Source: Myxococcota bacterium
GTDB lineage: Bacteria; Myxococcota_A; UBA9160; UBA6930
DNA: 64,000 bases
Assembly: GCA_965223705.1 (NCBI GenBank)
Contig: OZ245015.1
Span: forward strand, 3,104,001-3,168,000
Reading direction: 5' to 3'
Within the stretch, counting starts at the first letter, position 1, and every line of letters begins with the position of its first letter. Below, one piece after another: positions 44,730 to 54,180 of the stretch. A model generated the notes under the pieces. It searched no databases and was not told the origin of the DNA. It saw only the letters and a list, made by a program, of their open reading frames with translations. A program made the position numbers and the translations under genes.

Positions 44730-47700
44730 CCTCGGAGGAACGCCGTACGGTCCTCGTCGCAAACCGCGGTGAAGTGGCGATCCGCGTCATGCGCACCGCG
44801 CGAGAAATGGGCTTCCAGACGGCCGCCGTCTACGCGCAAGACGACGCGACCGCCCTTCACGTGCGCTGTGCAGACCGCGCCGAAGCCCTCCCCGGGCGCG
44901 GCGCGGCCGCGTACCTCGACGGAGAAGCGGTTCTCGCGGCCGCGAGTGCAGCAAGCTGCTCACTCCTGCACCCGGGCTACGGCTTCTTGTCGGAAAACGC
45001 GGCCTTCGCCGAGCGGTGCGATTCGAGCGGCGTGCGTTGGGTCGGACCGACGCCGGACAACCTGGCACTGTTCGGCGACAAGGCCCGTGCCCGAGCGCTC
45101 GCGCGCGAGCTCGCGTTGCCCGTGGCAACGGGTACCGAAGGCGCCACGGACCTCGCGGGCGCGACAGAGCTCTTCGACCGGGTCGGTGCCGTCGTGTTGA
45201 AAGCGATGGCGGGGGGCGGCGGCCGCGGGATCCGTGTGGTTTCCGACCGGGAAGACCTTGCTACCGCGTTTCGCAGCGCCGAGTCGGAAGCACTGGCGGC
45301 CTGTGGGGACGGAGCGCTCTACGCCGAGGGTTTCGTGCCGGAGGCGCGCCATGTGGAAGTGCAGGTCGCCGGCGACGGCGCGAACATCGCGGTCCTCGGC
45401 GAACGCGATTGCAGCGTCCAGCGCCGTCACCAAAAGATCATCGAGATGGCACCGTGTCCGTGGCTCGACGATCGTCTGCGCCGCGATTTATGGGAAGCGG
45501 CCGAGCGTTTGTGCGCGCGGGCGAACCTGCGATCGCTCGCCACCGTCGAGTTCCTGGTCGACCCGGCCGGCGCGTTCTTCTTCATCGAAGTCAACCCGCG
45601 ACTCCAAGTCGAACACACGGTGACCGAAGAAGTGACCGGCCTCGACCTCGTCCGCCTCCAGTTCGAACTGGCCGACGGCGCGTCGGTCGAACGGCTGGGA
45701 AACGATCCGTTGTCATCGGGAAAAGTCGCGTTGCAGGCCCGAGTGAACACCGAGCGGATGGACGCGTCCGGTGGGGTTCAACCGACGGGTGGAATCCTGG
45801 GCGCCTTCGGAGCGCCGTCCGGGCCGGGGATTCGAGTCGACGGCTACGGCTATGCGGGCTACGCGACGAACCCCGCGTTCGATTCGCTCCTCGCCAAGGT
45901 CATTGCGACGGGTGACAGCCTCGAAACCGCGGCCGATCGGCTGTACCACGCGCTGTGTGAGTTTCGGATCGACGGTGTCGAAACGAACCTCGATTACCTG
46001 CGCAACGTGCTCCGCCATCCGACCTTTCGTTCGGGACGCGCACACACGGGCTTCCTCGCGGAAAACGCGGCTGCGCTGTGCGCTCCGGGCGACCATCCGG
46101 CGCGCTACTTCCGAGATGTCGCACCGGAACCGGTCTCCGCCGGGCGCGCCGGCGCCCGCGTCGACAGTGATGACCCGCTCGCCGTGCTCGCGCACGGCCA
46201 GGTGCGACCCCGGTCGGCGACGCTTCCGGTCGCGGAGGCATCGGACGACGCGGAGGTACTGCGCGCGCCGATGCAGGGGACGATCGTCAGCATCGACGTC
46301 GCGGTCGGAGACCGCGTCGCGCGCGGACAAGCGGTCCTCGTGATGGAGGCGATGAAGATGGAGCACCTGATCGAAGCGACGGCTTCGGGTCAAGTGCTCG
46401 ACGTCGCCGTCGCGCCCGGTGACACCGTGTACGAAGGCCATCCCCTCCTCCGGCTCGAAGAAATGGCGGACCTCGGCGAAGTTCGAACAGCGGAAGAACA
46501 GGTCGACCTCGAGCACGTGCGACCGGACTTGGCCGAAGTCTTCGTGCGGCACGAAAAGGGTCTCGACCCGGCGCGCCCCGATGCCGTCGCCAGACGGCGG
46601 AAGACGGGTCAGCGGACCGCGCGGGAAAACCTCGCGGATCTCTGCGATGACGGGTCGTTCATCGAATACGGATCCCTGATGATCGCCGCGCAGCGGCGAC
46701 GTCGCAGCGTCGAGGAACTCATCGAGCGCACCCCCGCGGACGGACTGATCGGAGGCGTCGGATGCATCAACCGCGAGTTGTTCGGTGAAGAGGCCTCGCG
46801 CTGTGTCGTGATGTCCTACGACTACACCGTCTTGGCGGGCACCCAGGGATGGCAGAACCATCGCAAGAAAGATCGCCTCTTCGAGCTCGCCGAGCAGTGG
46901 CGCGCGCCGCTCGTCCTCTTTACCGAGGGGGGCGGCGGTCGCCCCGGCGACACCGATGGTTTGAGCCTCGCGGGCCTCGACTGCCTGGCGTTCCAGTACT
47001 TCGCCAGGCTTTCGGGCTTGGCGCCGCTCGTCGCCATCAATTCCGGGCGCTGTTTTGCCGGGAACGCGGCGTTGCTCGGCTGCTGTGACGTCGTCATCGC
47101 CACGGAAAATTCGAGCATCGGCATGGGTGGGCCCGCGATGATCGAAGGCGGCGGTCTCGGCGTCTTCCATCCCGACGAAGTCGGGCCGATGAGCGTCCAG
47201 GCGCGCAACGGCGTCGTCGACATCCTCGTTGCGGACGAAGCGGAAGCCGTGGCCGCCGCGAAGCGGTACTTGGCCTTCTTCCAGGGCCCCCTGCCCTCGT
47301 GGGACTGCGCGGATCAACGCCACCTGCGCAACGCGATTCCGGAGAATCGCTTGCGCGTCTACGACGTGCGCGAGGTGATTCGCCTGCTCGCCGATACCGA
47401 TTCTGTTCTCGAGCTCCGCCGGGGGTTTGGTGCGGGAATGATCACGAGCCTCGCGCGCATCGAAGGACGCGCCGTGGGCATCATCGCGAACAACCCGGGG
47501 CACCTGGCCGGGGCCATCGACAGCGACGGCGCGGACAAGGCCGCTCGCTTCATGCAGCTCTGCGATGCCTTCGACATCCCCCTCGTCTTCCTGTGCGACA
47601 CCCCCGGGATGATGGTCGGACCGGAGATCGAGAAGACCGCCCTCGTCCGGCACTGCAGTCGGCTGTTCGTGACCGGTGCCAACCTGACCGTCCCTTTCTT

Positions 47701-48073
47701 TACGCTGATCTTGCGAAAGGGCTACGGGCTCGGTGCCCAGGCGATGGCCGGCGGCAGTTTCAAGGCGCCGGGCTTCACCGTGGCGTGGCCAACGGGTGAA
47801 TTCGGGGGCATGGGGCTCGAGGGTGCGGTGAAACTGGGATACCGAAAGGAGCTCCTCGAGAAGACGGACCCCGAGGAGCGAAAAGCGCTCTTCGACGAGA
47901 TGGTGGCCCGGATGTACGAACACGGAAAAGCCCTAAGTATGGCCACCGCCTTTGAAATCGACGACGTGATCGATCCCGCGGAGTCCCGGCGCTGGATCAC
48001 CACGGGCCTGCAAGTGGCGCCCCCGGCGGGTCCCCGAGAGTCCAAGAAGCGGCCCTGTATCGACACCTGGTAA
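44726..48073 (+). CDS. Single-chain acyl-CoA carboxylase (biotin carboxylase-BCCP-carboxyltransferase fusion)
   Basis: ANRGE, HPGYGFLSEN, GGGRG, RDCS.QRR.QK, EVNPRLQVEH; EAMKME biotin site; CT motifs DYTV.AGT, DTPG, K.YG. ATGA overlap with the SDR. Confidence 0.95.
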   Translation: MTSEERRTVLVANRGEVAIRVMRTAREMGFQTAAVYAQDDATALHVRCADRAEALPGRGAAAYLDGEAVLAAASAASCSLLHPGYGFLSENAAFAERCDSSGVRWVGPTPDNLALFGDKARARALARELALPVATGTEGATDLAGATELFDRVGAVVLKAMAGGGGRGIRVVSDREDLATAFRSAESEALAACGDGALYAEGFVPEARHVEVQVAGDGANIAVLGERDCSVQRRHQKIIEMAPCPWLDDRLRRDLWEAAERLCARANLRSLATVEFLVDPAGAFFFIEVNPRLQVEHTVTEEVTGLDLVRLQFELADGASVERLGNDPLSSGKVALQARVNTERMDASGGVQPTGGILGAFGAPSGPGIRVDGYGYAGYATNPAFDSLLAKVIATGDSLETAADRLYHALCEFRIDGVETNLDYLRNVLRHPTFRSGRAHTGFLAENAAALCAPGDHPARYFRDVAPEPVSAGRAGARVDSDDPLAVLAHGQVRPRSATLPVAEASDDAEVLRAPMQGTIVSIDVAVGDRVARGQAVLVMEAMKMEHLIEATASGQVLDVAVAPGDTVYEGHPLLRLEEMADLGEVRTAEEQVDLEHVRPDLAEVFVRHEKGLDPARPDAVARRRKTGQRTARENLADLCDDGSFIEYGSLMIAAQRRRRSVEELIERTPADGLIGGVGCINRELFGEEASRCVVMSYDYTVLAGTQGWQNHRKKDRLFELAEQWRAPLVLFTEGGGGRPGDTDGLSLAGLDCLAFQYFARLSGLAPLVAINSGRCFAGNAALLGCCDVVIATENSSIGMGGPAMIEGGGLGVFHPDEVGPMSVQARNGVVDILVADEAEAVAAAKRYLAFFQGPLPSWDCADQRHLRNAIPENRLRVYDVREVIRLLADTDSVLELRRGFGAGMITSLARIEGRAVGIIANNPGHLAGAIDSDGADKAARFMQLCDAFDIPLVFLCDTPGMMVGPEIEKTALVRHCSRLFVTGANLTVPFFTLILRKGYGLGAQAMAGGSFKAPGFTVAWPTGEFGGMGLEGAVKLGYRKELLEKTDPEERKALFDEMVARMYEHGKALSMATAFEIDDVIDPAESRRWITTGLQVAPPAGPRESKKRPCIDTW

Positions 48074-48095
48074 CCTCCCGCCAGGAGGTTCCCTA

Positions 48096-48491
48096 ATGTC
48101 GACAAACGTCAAGCGCATCATTCCCGCCTCGATGAAGGCTTACTACGAGTCCTACCACTTTGCCCCGGCGGTCATCGATGGAGACCACCTCCGCTGCTCG
48201 GGTGTGATCGGCACCGGAGCCGATGGCAAGTGCTCGAGCGATCCCGAAACCCAGTTCACCCAGGCGTTTGAGAGCCTTGGAGCGGTCCTCGCCGAAGCGG
48301 GCGTCGACGCGTCGGCCATTACGGAAATGACCACGTTCCATGTGGGGCTCCAAGAGCACATGGCGGCCTTCATGAAGGTGAAGGACCGCTTCATCGCGGA
48401 TCCCTACCCCGCGTGGACAGCGATCGGCATCACGGAACTCGCGATCCCCGGCGGGCTCGTCGAAATCCGTGTCACAGCGCGAATGAACTGA
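48096..48491 (+). CDS. RidA/YjgF family protein
   Basis: SG.IG, Q..QAF, PYPAWTAIG, LVEI; Trp replaces the catalytic Arg of RidA proper. Confidence 0.88.
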   Translation: MSTNVKRIIPASMKAYYESYHFAPAVIDGDHLRCSGVIGTGADGKCSSDPETQFTQAFESLGAVLAEAGVDASAITEMTTFHVGLQEHMAAFMKVKDRFIADPYPAWTAIGITELAIPGGLVEIRVTARMN

Positions 48492-48502
48492 CGGAGATTT
48501 CC

Positions 48503-48961
48503 ATGAATATTCCCAACGCGAACGACGACGTAACCGAGGACCTGTTGGTCCAATCGAAGGATCTGCCCTGGTCGACCATGGGCGAAGGAGTCTCGATCAA
48601 GATTCTGCGGGTCAGCGAGGAGACCGGGTTCTGGAGTTCCATGATTCGCATGGAGCCCGGCTCGCAGTTTGCGCCCCACAAGCACTTGGGTGCCGCGGAA
48701 TTCTACGTGCTGAAGGGCGCCCTCGATTATCGCGGGGGTCGCGCCTCCGAAGGTTGCTACGGCTACGAACCTTTGGGGGCCGTGCACGAAGCCACCACCT
48801 GCGATGTCGAAACGATCATCACGTTCAACTCCTACGGACCGGTGGTGTTCTACGACGAGAACGGATCTGTCGTGCAGATCTTGAGCTACGAGACCGCGCG
48901 AGATCTCGCGGCCGGAGCCGCCTCGTCACTCACCGTTGAAAAGGAAAAGCCCGCCGCTTAG
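48503..48961 (+). CDS. Cupin protein (ChrR-like / 2,4'-dihydroxyacetophenone dioxygenase family)
   Basis: DLPW, HKH....E.YVLKG, YEP.GAVH, GP; ATG follows GGAG. Confidence 0.8.
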   Translation: MNIPNANDDVTEDLLVQSKDLPWSTMGEGVSIKILRVSEETGFWSSMIRMEPGSQFAPHKHLGAAEFYVLKGALDYRGGRASEGCYGYEPLGAVHEATTCDVETIITFNSYGPVVFYDENGSVVQILSYETARDLAAGAASSLTVEKEKPAA

Positions 48962-48979
48962 GTGGGGATGGAGGACCCT

Positions 48980-49771
48980 TTGAAAAGCACGCTTTGTCTG
49001 TTGGTTGCGTCCGCGCTCGCGGTAGGTACCTGGGCCGGCGCGGAAACCCCGGAGGAGAAGGGGCTCGCCATCATCGTCGAGGCCGACAAGCGAGACCTCG
49101 GCTGGGGCGACAGCGAATCCACCATGCGGATGGTGCTGCGCAACAAACAGGGGCAGGAAAGCACGCGACAGTTGCGCCAAGCGGCGCTCGAAGTTCCCGA
49201 GAAAGGCTTCGGGGATCGCGGTCTCACGATTTTCGATTCCCCGAAAGACGTGGAAGGCACGGCGTTGTTGTCCCACACCAAGGTGCTCGAGCCGGACGAC
49301 CAATGGTTGTTTCTGCCGGCGCTGAAACGCGTCAAGCGCATCTCTTCCAAAAACAAGTCCGGGCCGTTCGTCGGGAGCGAGTTCGCGTACGAAGATCTCC
49401 TCTCTCAGGAAGTCGAGAAGTACACGTACAAGTGGCTCCGCGATGAAGCGTGCGGGGATCTCCAGTGTTTCGTCGTCGAGGCCTACCCCGAGTACGAGAA
49501 TTCCGGCTACACGCGGCAGATCGTGTGGATCGACCAGACCGAGTACCGGGTGCAGCAGATCGATTTCTACGACCGCAAGGACTCGCGGCTGAAGACGCTG
49601 ACGTACCACGGGTACAATGAATATCTCGGTCAGTACTGGCGGCCTTCCGAACTTCGCATGGTCAACCACCAAACCGGCAAGAGCACCGATCTGTTCTTTG
49701 ACGACTGGAAGTTCCAGACGGGCCAGCAAGAAGCGAAGTTCACGCCGGCAAGGCTCAAGCGAGCCCGTTGA
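48980..49771 (+). CDS. Outer-membrane lipoprotein-sorting (LolA-like) periplasmic protein
   Basis: Signal peptide; F..P.DV.GT.LL, DDQWLFLPALKRVKRI, FVGSEF.YED, YDRK...LK; TTG follows GGAGG. Confidence 0.88.
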   Translation: MKSTLCLLVASALAVGTWAGAETPEEKGLAIIVEADKRDLGWGDSESTMRMVLRNKQGQESTRQLRQAALEVPEKGFGDRGLTIFDSPKDVEGTALLSHTKVLEPDDQWLFLPALKRVKRISSKNKSGPFVGSEFAYEDLLSQEVEKYTYKWLRDEACGDLQCFVVEAYPEYENSGYTRQIVWIDQTEYRVQQIDFYDRKDSRLKTLTYHGYNEYLGQYWRPSELRMVNHQTGKSTDLFFDDWKFQTGQQEAKFTPARLKRAR

Positions 49772-50994
49772 GGCCTGCAGTCCATAGCGTCTTGGCGTTC
49801 GCCCTGCTTTTCGCGGGGCGGAGCGCCGAAGCTGCGTTCCCGTTCGACTGGGGCCTCACCGGCGAGATCAGCGCCGAGGTTCGCTCGTTCCCGAGAGAGC
49901 CCCTCTACGACGAGCAAGAGCGAGCGGTCGCGTCGCCCTCCATCCACCTGGAACTCGAGCTCCTCGGCGAGTGGAACGACGGACTCGACCGAGTGACGTT
50001 TGTCCCCTACGCGCGCTGGGACGCCCACGACGACCACCGATCGCACTTCGACATTCGAGAACTGCACTGGATCCACCAGGAGGAGAACTGGTCGTTTCTG
50101 CTCGGCGTGGGCAAGGTGTTCTGGGGCGTCGCCGAATCGCGTCACCTGGTGGACATCATCAACCAGACCGACGTCGTGGAAGATATCGACGAAGAGGACA
50201 AGCTCGGTCAGCCGATGCTGAATGTCACCTTCCTCCGCGACTGGGGCGCGATCGATGTGTTCCTGCTGCCCTACTTTCGCGAGCGGGAGTTCCCGGACGA
50301 AGATGCGCGTTTGCGCGGGCCCTTCGCCGTCCGCGGAGATGCGGAATACGACTCGGATCTCGAAGAGTGGCATCCGGATTGGGCCGTGCGCTGGTCCCAT
50401 ACCCTGGGCGAGTTCGACCTCGGCCTGTCCTATTTTCGCGGCACCAGCCGCGAGCCGATTTTCGAGCCGCGTTTCGGTGGCTCACCGGGCGATTTCACGC
50501 TGCGTCCTCGCTACGAAGTGATCGATCAAATCGGCTTCGACGGGCAGTGGACGCACGAAGCTTGGCTGTGGAAGTTCGAAGGTATCGTCAGACACGGCCA
50601 CGCCGATACGTTCAGCGCTTTCGTCGCCGGGTTCGAATACACCCTGTTCCAGATCGCGGGGACGGACGGAGACCTCGGGCTTCTCGTGGAATACCTCTAC
50701 GATGGCCGGCCTCGAGATCCGAGCGAGGCGCCGATCACCCGAGCAGAGCACGACGTCTTCGCCGGGTTCCGCTGGGCAGCGAACAATGTGTCGGACACCC
50801 AACTCTTGGGCGGCGCCATCGTCGACACGCGAACCGGTGAAACCTTCGCGATCCTGGAAGCGGCCCACCGTTTGGGCGACAGCTGGCTCTTCGAAGTCGA
50901 AGTGCGCTGGCTGTTCGACGTCGAGCGCGACAGCCTAGCCATTGGCTTCGCCCGCGATAGCTTCGTCTCCGCGCGACTGACTTGGCATTTCTAG
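49768..50994 (+). CDS. Putative outer-membrane beta-barrel protein
   Basis: Signal peptide; IREL, G..KVFWG..E....VDIINQ.D, alternating beta pattern, terminal WHF; overlaps the LolA-like gene. Confidence 0.75.
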   Translation: MRPAVHSVLAFALLFAGRSAEAAFPFDWGLTGEISAEVRSFPREPLYDEQERAVASPSIHLELELLGEWNDGLDRVTFVPYARWDAHDDHRSHFDIRELHWIHQEENWSFLLGVGKVFWGVAESRHLVDIINQTDVVEDIDEEDKLGQPMLNVTFLRDWGAIDVFLLPYFREREFPDEDARLRGPFAVRGDAEYDSDLEEWHPDWAVRWSHTLGEFDLGLSYFRGTSREPIFEPRFGGSPGDFTLRPRYEVIDQIGFDGQWTHEAWLWKFEGIVRHGHADTFSAFVAGFEYTLFQIAGTDGDLGLLVEYLYDGRPRDPSEAPITRAEHDVFAGFRWAANNVSDTQLLGGAIVDTRTGETFAILEAAHRLGDSWLFEVEVRWLFDVERDSLAIGFARDSFVSARLTWHF

Positions 50995-51779
50995 TGGAGG
51001 GCGACCTCGCCGGCCGCATCGCCCTCGTGACGGGTGGAGGACGCGGCATCGGTCGCGCCATCTCGGTGGCCCTCGCCGAGCGCGGCGCCTGGGTCGCGGT
51101 GAACTACCGGCGAGATCGAGGCGCTGCCGAAGAGACCGTTCAGTCCATCCGCGACGCCGGGGGCGTGGGTGGTGCGTACGCAGCGCCTGTCGACGACGCC
51201 GACTCGGTGGCGACAATGCTCGCCGCGATTCGAGACGACCGCGGCCCTGTCGACTTGCTCGTCAACAACGCCGGCATCGCGAGCCGGGGCCACAGCGTCG
51301 AGCAAACCGATCCCGAAGAGCTCTTGCGCGTCATCCGCGTTCACGCGCTCGCCCCCCACCACATTTGCCAGCTGGTCCTTCCGGAGATGAAGAAACGGCC
51401 CCGCGGTGACATCATCATGATCTCGAGTGTCGCTACCCTGGGCAACGCAGCCGGGGGCGCTCCTTACAACATGGGCAAGGCCGCGATGGAATCACTCGCA
51501 CTGACCCTCGCTCGCGAGGTGCGCCAACACGGGATTCACGTCAATATCGTTGCACCCGGAATCGTCGAGACCGATATGGGAGATCGGTTAATTCAGGCGG
51601 TATGCGGTGTTGAATCGATCCAAGAAATCGCGAAAGACATGCCTTTCGGTCGCATCTGTCAGCCCGAGGACGTCGCCCACGCCGTGTGCTTTCTCGTATC
51701 CGAAGGCGCCGCATACATCACCGGGGAAAAGATCAACGTATGGGGCGGCGGCGAGCGGGTGAGCGGCATGGTTCCCTGA
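50994..51779 (+). CDS. Short-chain dehydrogenase/reductase
   Basis: TGGGRGIG, NNAG, YNMGK, APGIVET; GTG overlaps the upstream TAG. Confidence 0.93.
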   Translation: MEGDLAGRIALVTGGGRGIGRAISVALAERGAWVAVNYRRDRGAAEETVQSIRDAGGVGGAYAAPVDDADSVATMLAAIRDDRGPVDLLVNNAGIASRGHSVEQTDPEELLRVIRVHALAPHHICQLVLPEMKKRPRGDIIMISSVATLGNAAGGAPYNMGKAAMESLALTLAREVRQHGIHVNIVAPGIVETDMGDRLIQAVCGVESIQEIAKDMPFGRICQPEDVAHAVCFLVSEGAAYITGEKINVWGGGERVSGMVP

Positions 51780-51789
51780 GGAGCTCGAA

Positions 51790-52284
51790 ATGACGATTGC
51801 GATCAACGGCATTGCCCACGTCCAACTCACGGTCCGCGATCCGGACGCCTGCCTTCCTTTTTGGGAGAAGCTGCTTCACTTCTTCGAAATGAAGACACTG
51901 TTGCGCGGCGACGACTCGATCTACTGCATCGGCGGGCGCACCGGCATCCTCGTACGCGGTGCTCCGGAAGACAAACGCGACCGAGCCTTCGACCAAGACC
52001 GGCCCGGCTTGCATCACATCTGCTTTCGAGCGCGCAGCGTCGAAGACGTCGATTCCGTGCACGAATTCGCGGTCAAGGAGCTCGGTGCGAATATCATCCA
52101 TGCCGCCGAAGACGGTTCGCAGTTCGCTCCCGGCTACTACTCGGTCTTGTTCGAAGACCCGGACGGGTTGCGCATCGAAGTGAATCATGTGCCCGGACGC
52201 GGGCATTTCGGCGATCGGGGGCGCCTCGGCAAAAGCGGCGCGGGGCCCGCGTCGCGCTACGGCGAAGACGGCTTGAACGACTGA
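51790..52284 (+). CDS. VOC (glyoxalase/bleomycin) family protein
   Basis: IAHVQLTV, GLHHICF, YYSVLFEDPDG.RIE. Confidence 0.9.
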   Translation: MTIAINGIAHVQLTVRDPDACLPFWEKLLHFFEMKTLLRGDDSIYCIGGRTGILVRGAPEDKRDRAFDQDRPGLHHICFRARSVEDVDSVHEFAVKELGANIIHAAEDGSQFAPGYYSVLFEDPDGLRIEVNHVPGRGHFGDRGRLGKSGAGPASRYGEDGLND

Positions 52285-52288
52285 GCGA

Positions 52289-52954
52289 TCAGGAGTCGCT
52301 GAGCCCGACGAAGCGCTTGGGTTCCGATTGCCCCCACGTGTCAAAGTGAGTCACTTCTTCTGCGGGCGTCCTGCTCGTGGGACCGAATTTCCCCATCGGA
52401 AACCCGATGGGGATCATCGCGACGACGCCGAACGCCTCGGGGATGCCAAAACGCGCGTGCATTTCCGCTTCAAACATCTGGTGCATCGTCGTCAGGGTTG
52501 CGCCGAGCCCGAGATCCCGGCACGCCAGCAAGATGTTCTGAACTGCGGGATACACCGACCCGTAGGACGGAGGCGCCTTGCCGACGCGGTCTTCTTCCTT
52601 GACGGCAAAAGGCCAATCTCGCTTGCCGCAGGCGAGAAGGACAACAGGCGTGTCCGCGAAGTGCTCGATCTGGTGGGCCACGGCGCGAACCACCCGCGCC
52701 CACGGTGACTGGTCATCGGGGTCCGTCTCGAACGCGCCGGGAAAGCGCCCTTCCATGGCCTCTCGATACTTCTCACCGAGCCACGCCTTCGCGTCGGCAT
52801 CCTGCACCGCGACAAACGCCCAGGCTTGGGTGTTTTGTCCGCTGGGCGCGCCGACAGCGGCCGTTAGAACCTTCCGCACCATGGACATCGGCACGGGGTC
52901 TTTCTTCAAACGTCGCATGGCGCGTACGTTCCCGACCAGTTCAAAGAATTCCAT
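52289..52954 (-). CDS. Nitroreductase family protein
   Basis: RAMRRL, APSGQN.Q.W, S.YPAVQNILLA...GLG, IP.G.P. Confidence 0.9.
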   Translation of the reverse strand: MEFFELVGNVRAMRRLKKDPVPMSMVRKVLTAAVGAPSGQNTQAWAFVAVQDADAKAWLGEKYREAMEGRFPGAFETDPDDQSPWARVVRAVAHQIEHFADTPVVLLACGKRDWPFAVKEEDRVGKAPPSYGSVYPAVQNILLACRDLGLGATLTTMHQMFEAEMHARFGIPEAFGVVAMIPIGFPMGKFGPTSRTPAEEVTHFDTWGQSEPKRFVGLSDS

Positions 52955-52957
52955 GCG

Positions 52958-54175
52958 TTACCTCTCTAGGAAGTCATCGAGGAGCGGCGAGACGCGAAGC
53001 GATTCGGGAACGCGATCTCGCCCGATCCGCCGATCGAGCTCCTCGTGCCAATGGTAGATTCGCCGCTCTTGATAGTTCAACGCGGCACCGCGAAAGCCCG
53101 GACTCTCGACCGAGGCCTGGATCGGTTCGGCGAACGAAATATCCTCGGCGACGATGCGGTCGAAGTTTTCGATGCGGCGATCCCAGATCGGCGGACGGGT
53201 GTCGCCTTCCCACGCCGGCCCGAACCAGACCACATCGAGAAGGCTGCTCCTGACGTCGACAGGCCAAATCAACACGGCGCCGATGCCGCTCGCCTGAACC
53301 GGAAGGATGAAGTTCGGAAATAGCCCGTAGCTCGGGAGGTGCTCGGTTTCGATCGGAGTCGTTCCCTCGAGTTCGCGGAGTCCCACCGTGCCCGGGTCGA
53401 CCCACCCTTCTCTGCGGTAGGGGGAGAGCATCATCGAGTGACCGCCCTCCCACAAATGCACCCCCGTCGCCTTCTGTTCGAAGATTCGATCCGTCGTCCC
53501 GGGGTGAAGCAACCTGAAGTGGTACGCCTCGAGAAAGTTCTCGAGGAGGATCTTGTAGTTGCAGGCGACGGGCGTCGTGCGTTGCGAAACGAGGCGCAGG
53601 TCTTCGATCGGCAAATGCCGAAAGAATCGCGCGACAGGCTCGAGAAAATCCTCGAGAGGCGGCGCATCGGGATCTTCACAGACGAAAATCCAGTTGCCGA
53701 AACGTTCGCAGCGAACCGGAAGCAGACCGCGGCGCGAACGGTCGAACTCTCTGAAGTCCCGTCGATCCGGATACGCGCGCAAGGCGCCGTCTAGATCGTA
53801 GGTCCATCCGTGGTAGCCACACGCGAAGGTCGCTCCGAGCGTTCCTCGCTCTTCGCGAAGAATCGGCGCTCCCCGATGGCGACAGGTGTTGTAAAACGCG
53901 CGGAACTGCCCCTCGCGGTTGCGCAGCACGACGACCGGCGTGCCGGTCTTGTTCCATAGGAAGTAGCTGCCAGACGCGGGCAGCTCATCGACGTGTCCGG
54001 CATAGAGCCACGTCTTCCGCCACAGGCCTTCTCGCTCGAGATCGAAGAATGCGGGGTCTGCGTAGCGACCGGCCGGTAGGTCGGGGAGCTCTGGAAAGTC
54101 GCTCGGGTGCGAGTCGCGCCCCCGCTCGTAGCTGGTCTGCGCAATCCACCGCTCGATGCGTTCCGCGTCGAGCAC
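52958..54175 (-). CDS. Rieske non-heme iron oxygenase alpha subunit
   Basis: CRH...CGYHGW Rieske motif; NYK...ENF.EAYH...LH mononuclear Fe site; distal ED. Confidence 0.95.
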   Translation of the reverse strand: MLDAERIERWIAQTSYERGRDSHPSDFPELPDLPAGRYADPAFFDLEREGLWRKTWLYAGHVDELPASGSYFLWNKTGTPVVVLRNREGQFRAFYNTCRHRGAPILREERGTLGATFACGYHGWTYDLDGALRAYPDRRDFREFDRSRRGLLPVRCERFGNWIFVCEDPDAPPLEDFLEPVARFFRHLPIEDLRLVSQRTTPVACNYKILLENFLEAYHFRLLHPGTTDRIFEQKATGVHLWEGGHSMMLSPYRREGWVDPGTVGLRELEGTTPIETEHLPSYGLFPNFILPVQASGIGAVLIWPVDVRSSLLDVVWFGPAWEGDTRPPIWDRRIENFDRIVAEDISFAEPIQASVESPGFRGAALNYQERRIYHWHEELDRRIGRDRVPESLRVSPLLDDFLER

Positions 54176-54180
54176 GCCGC

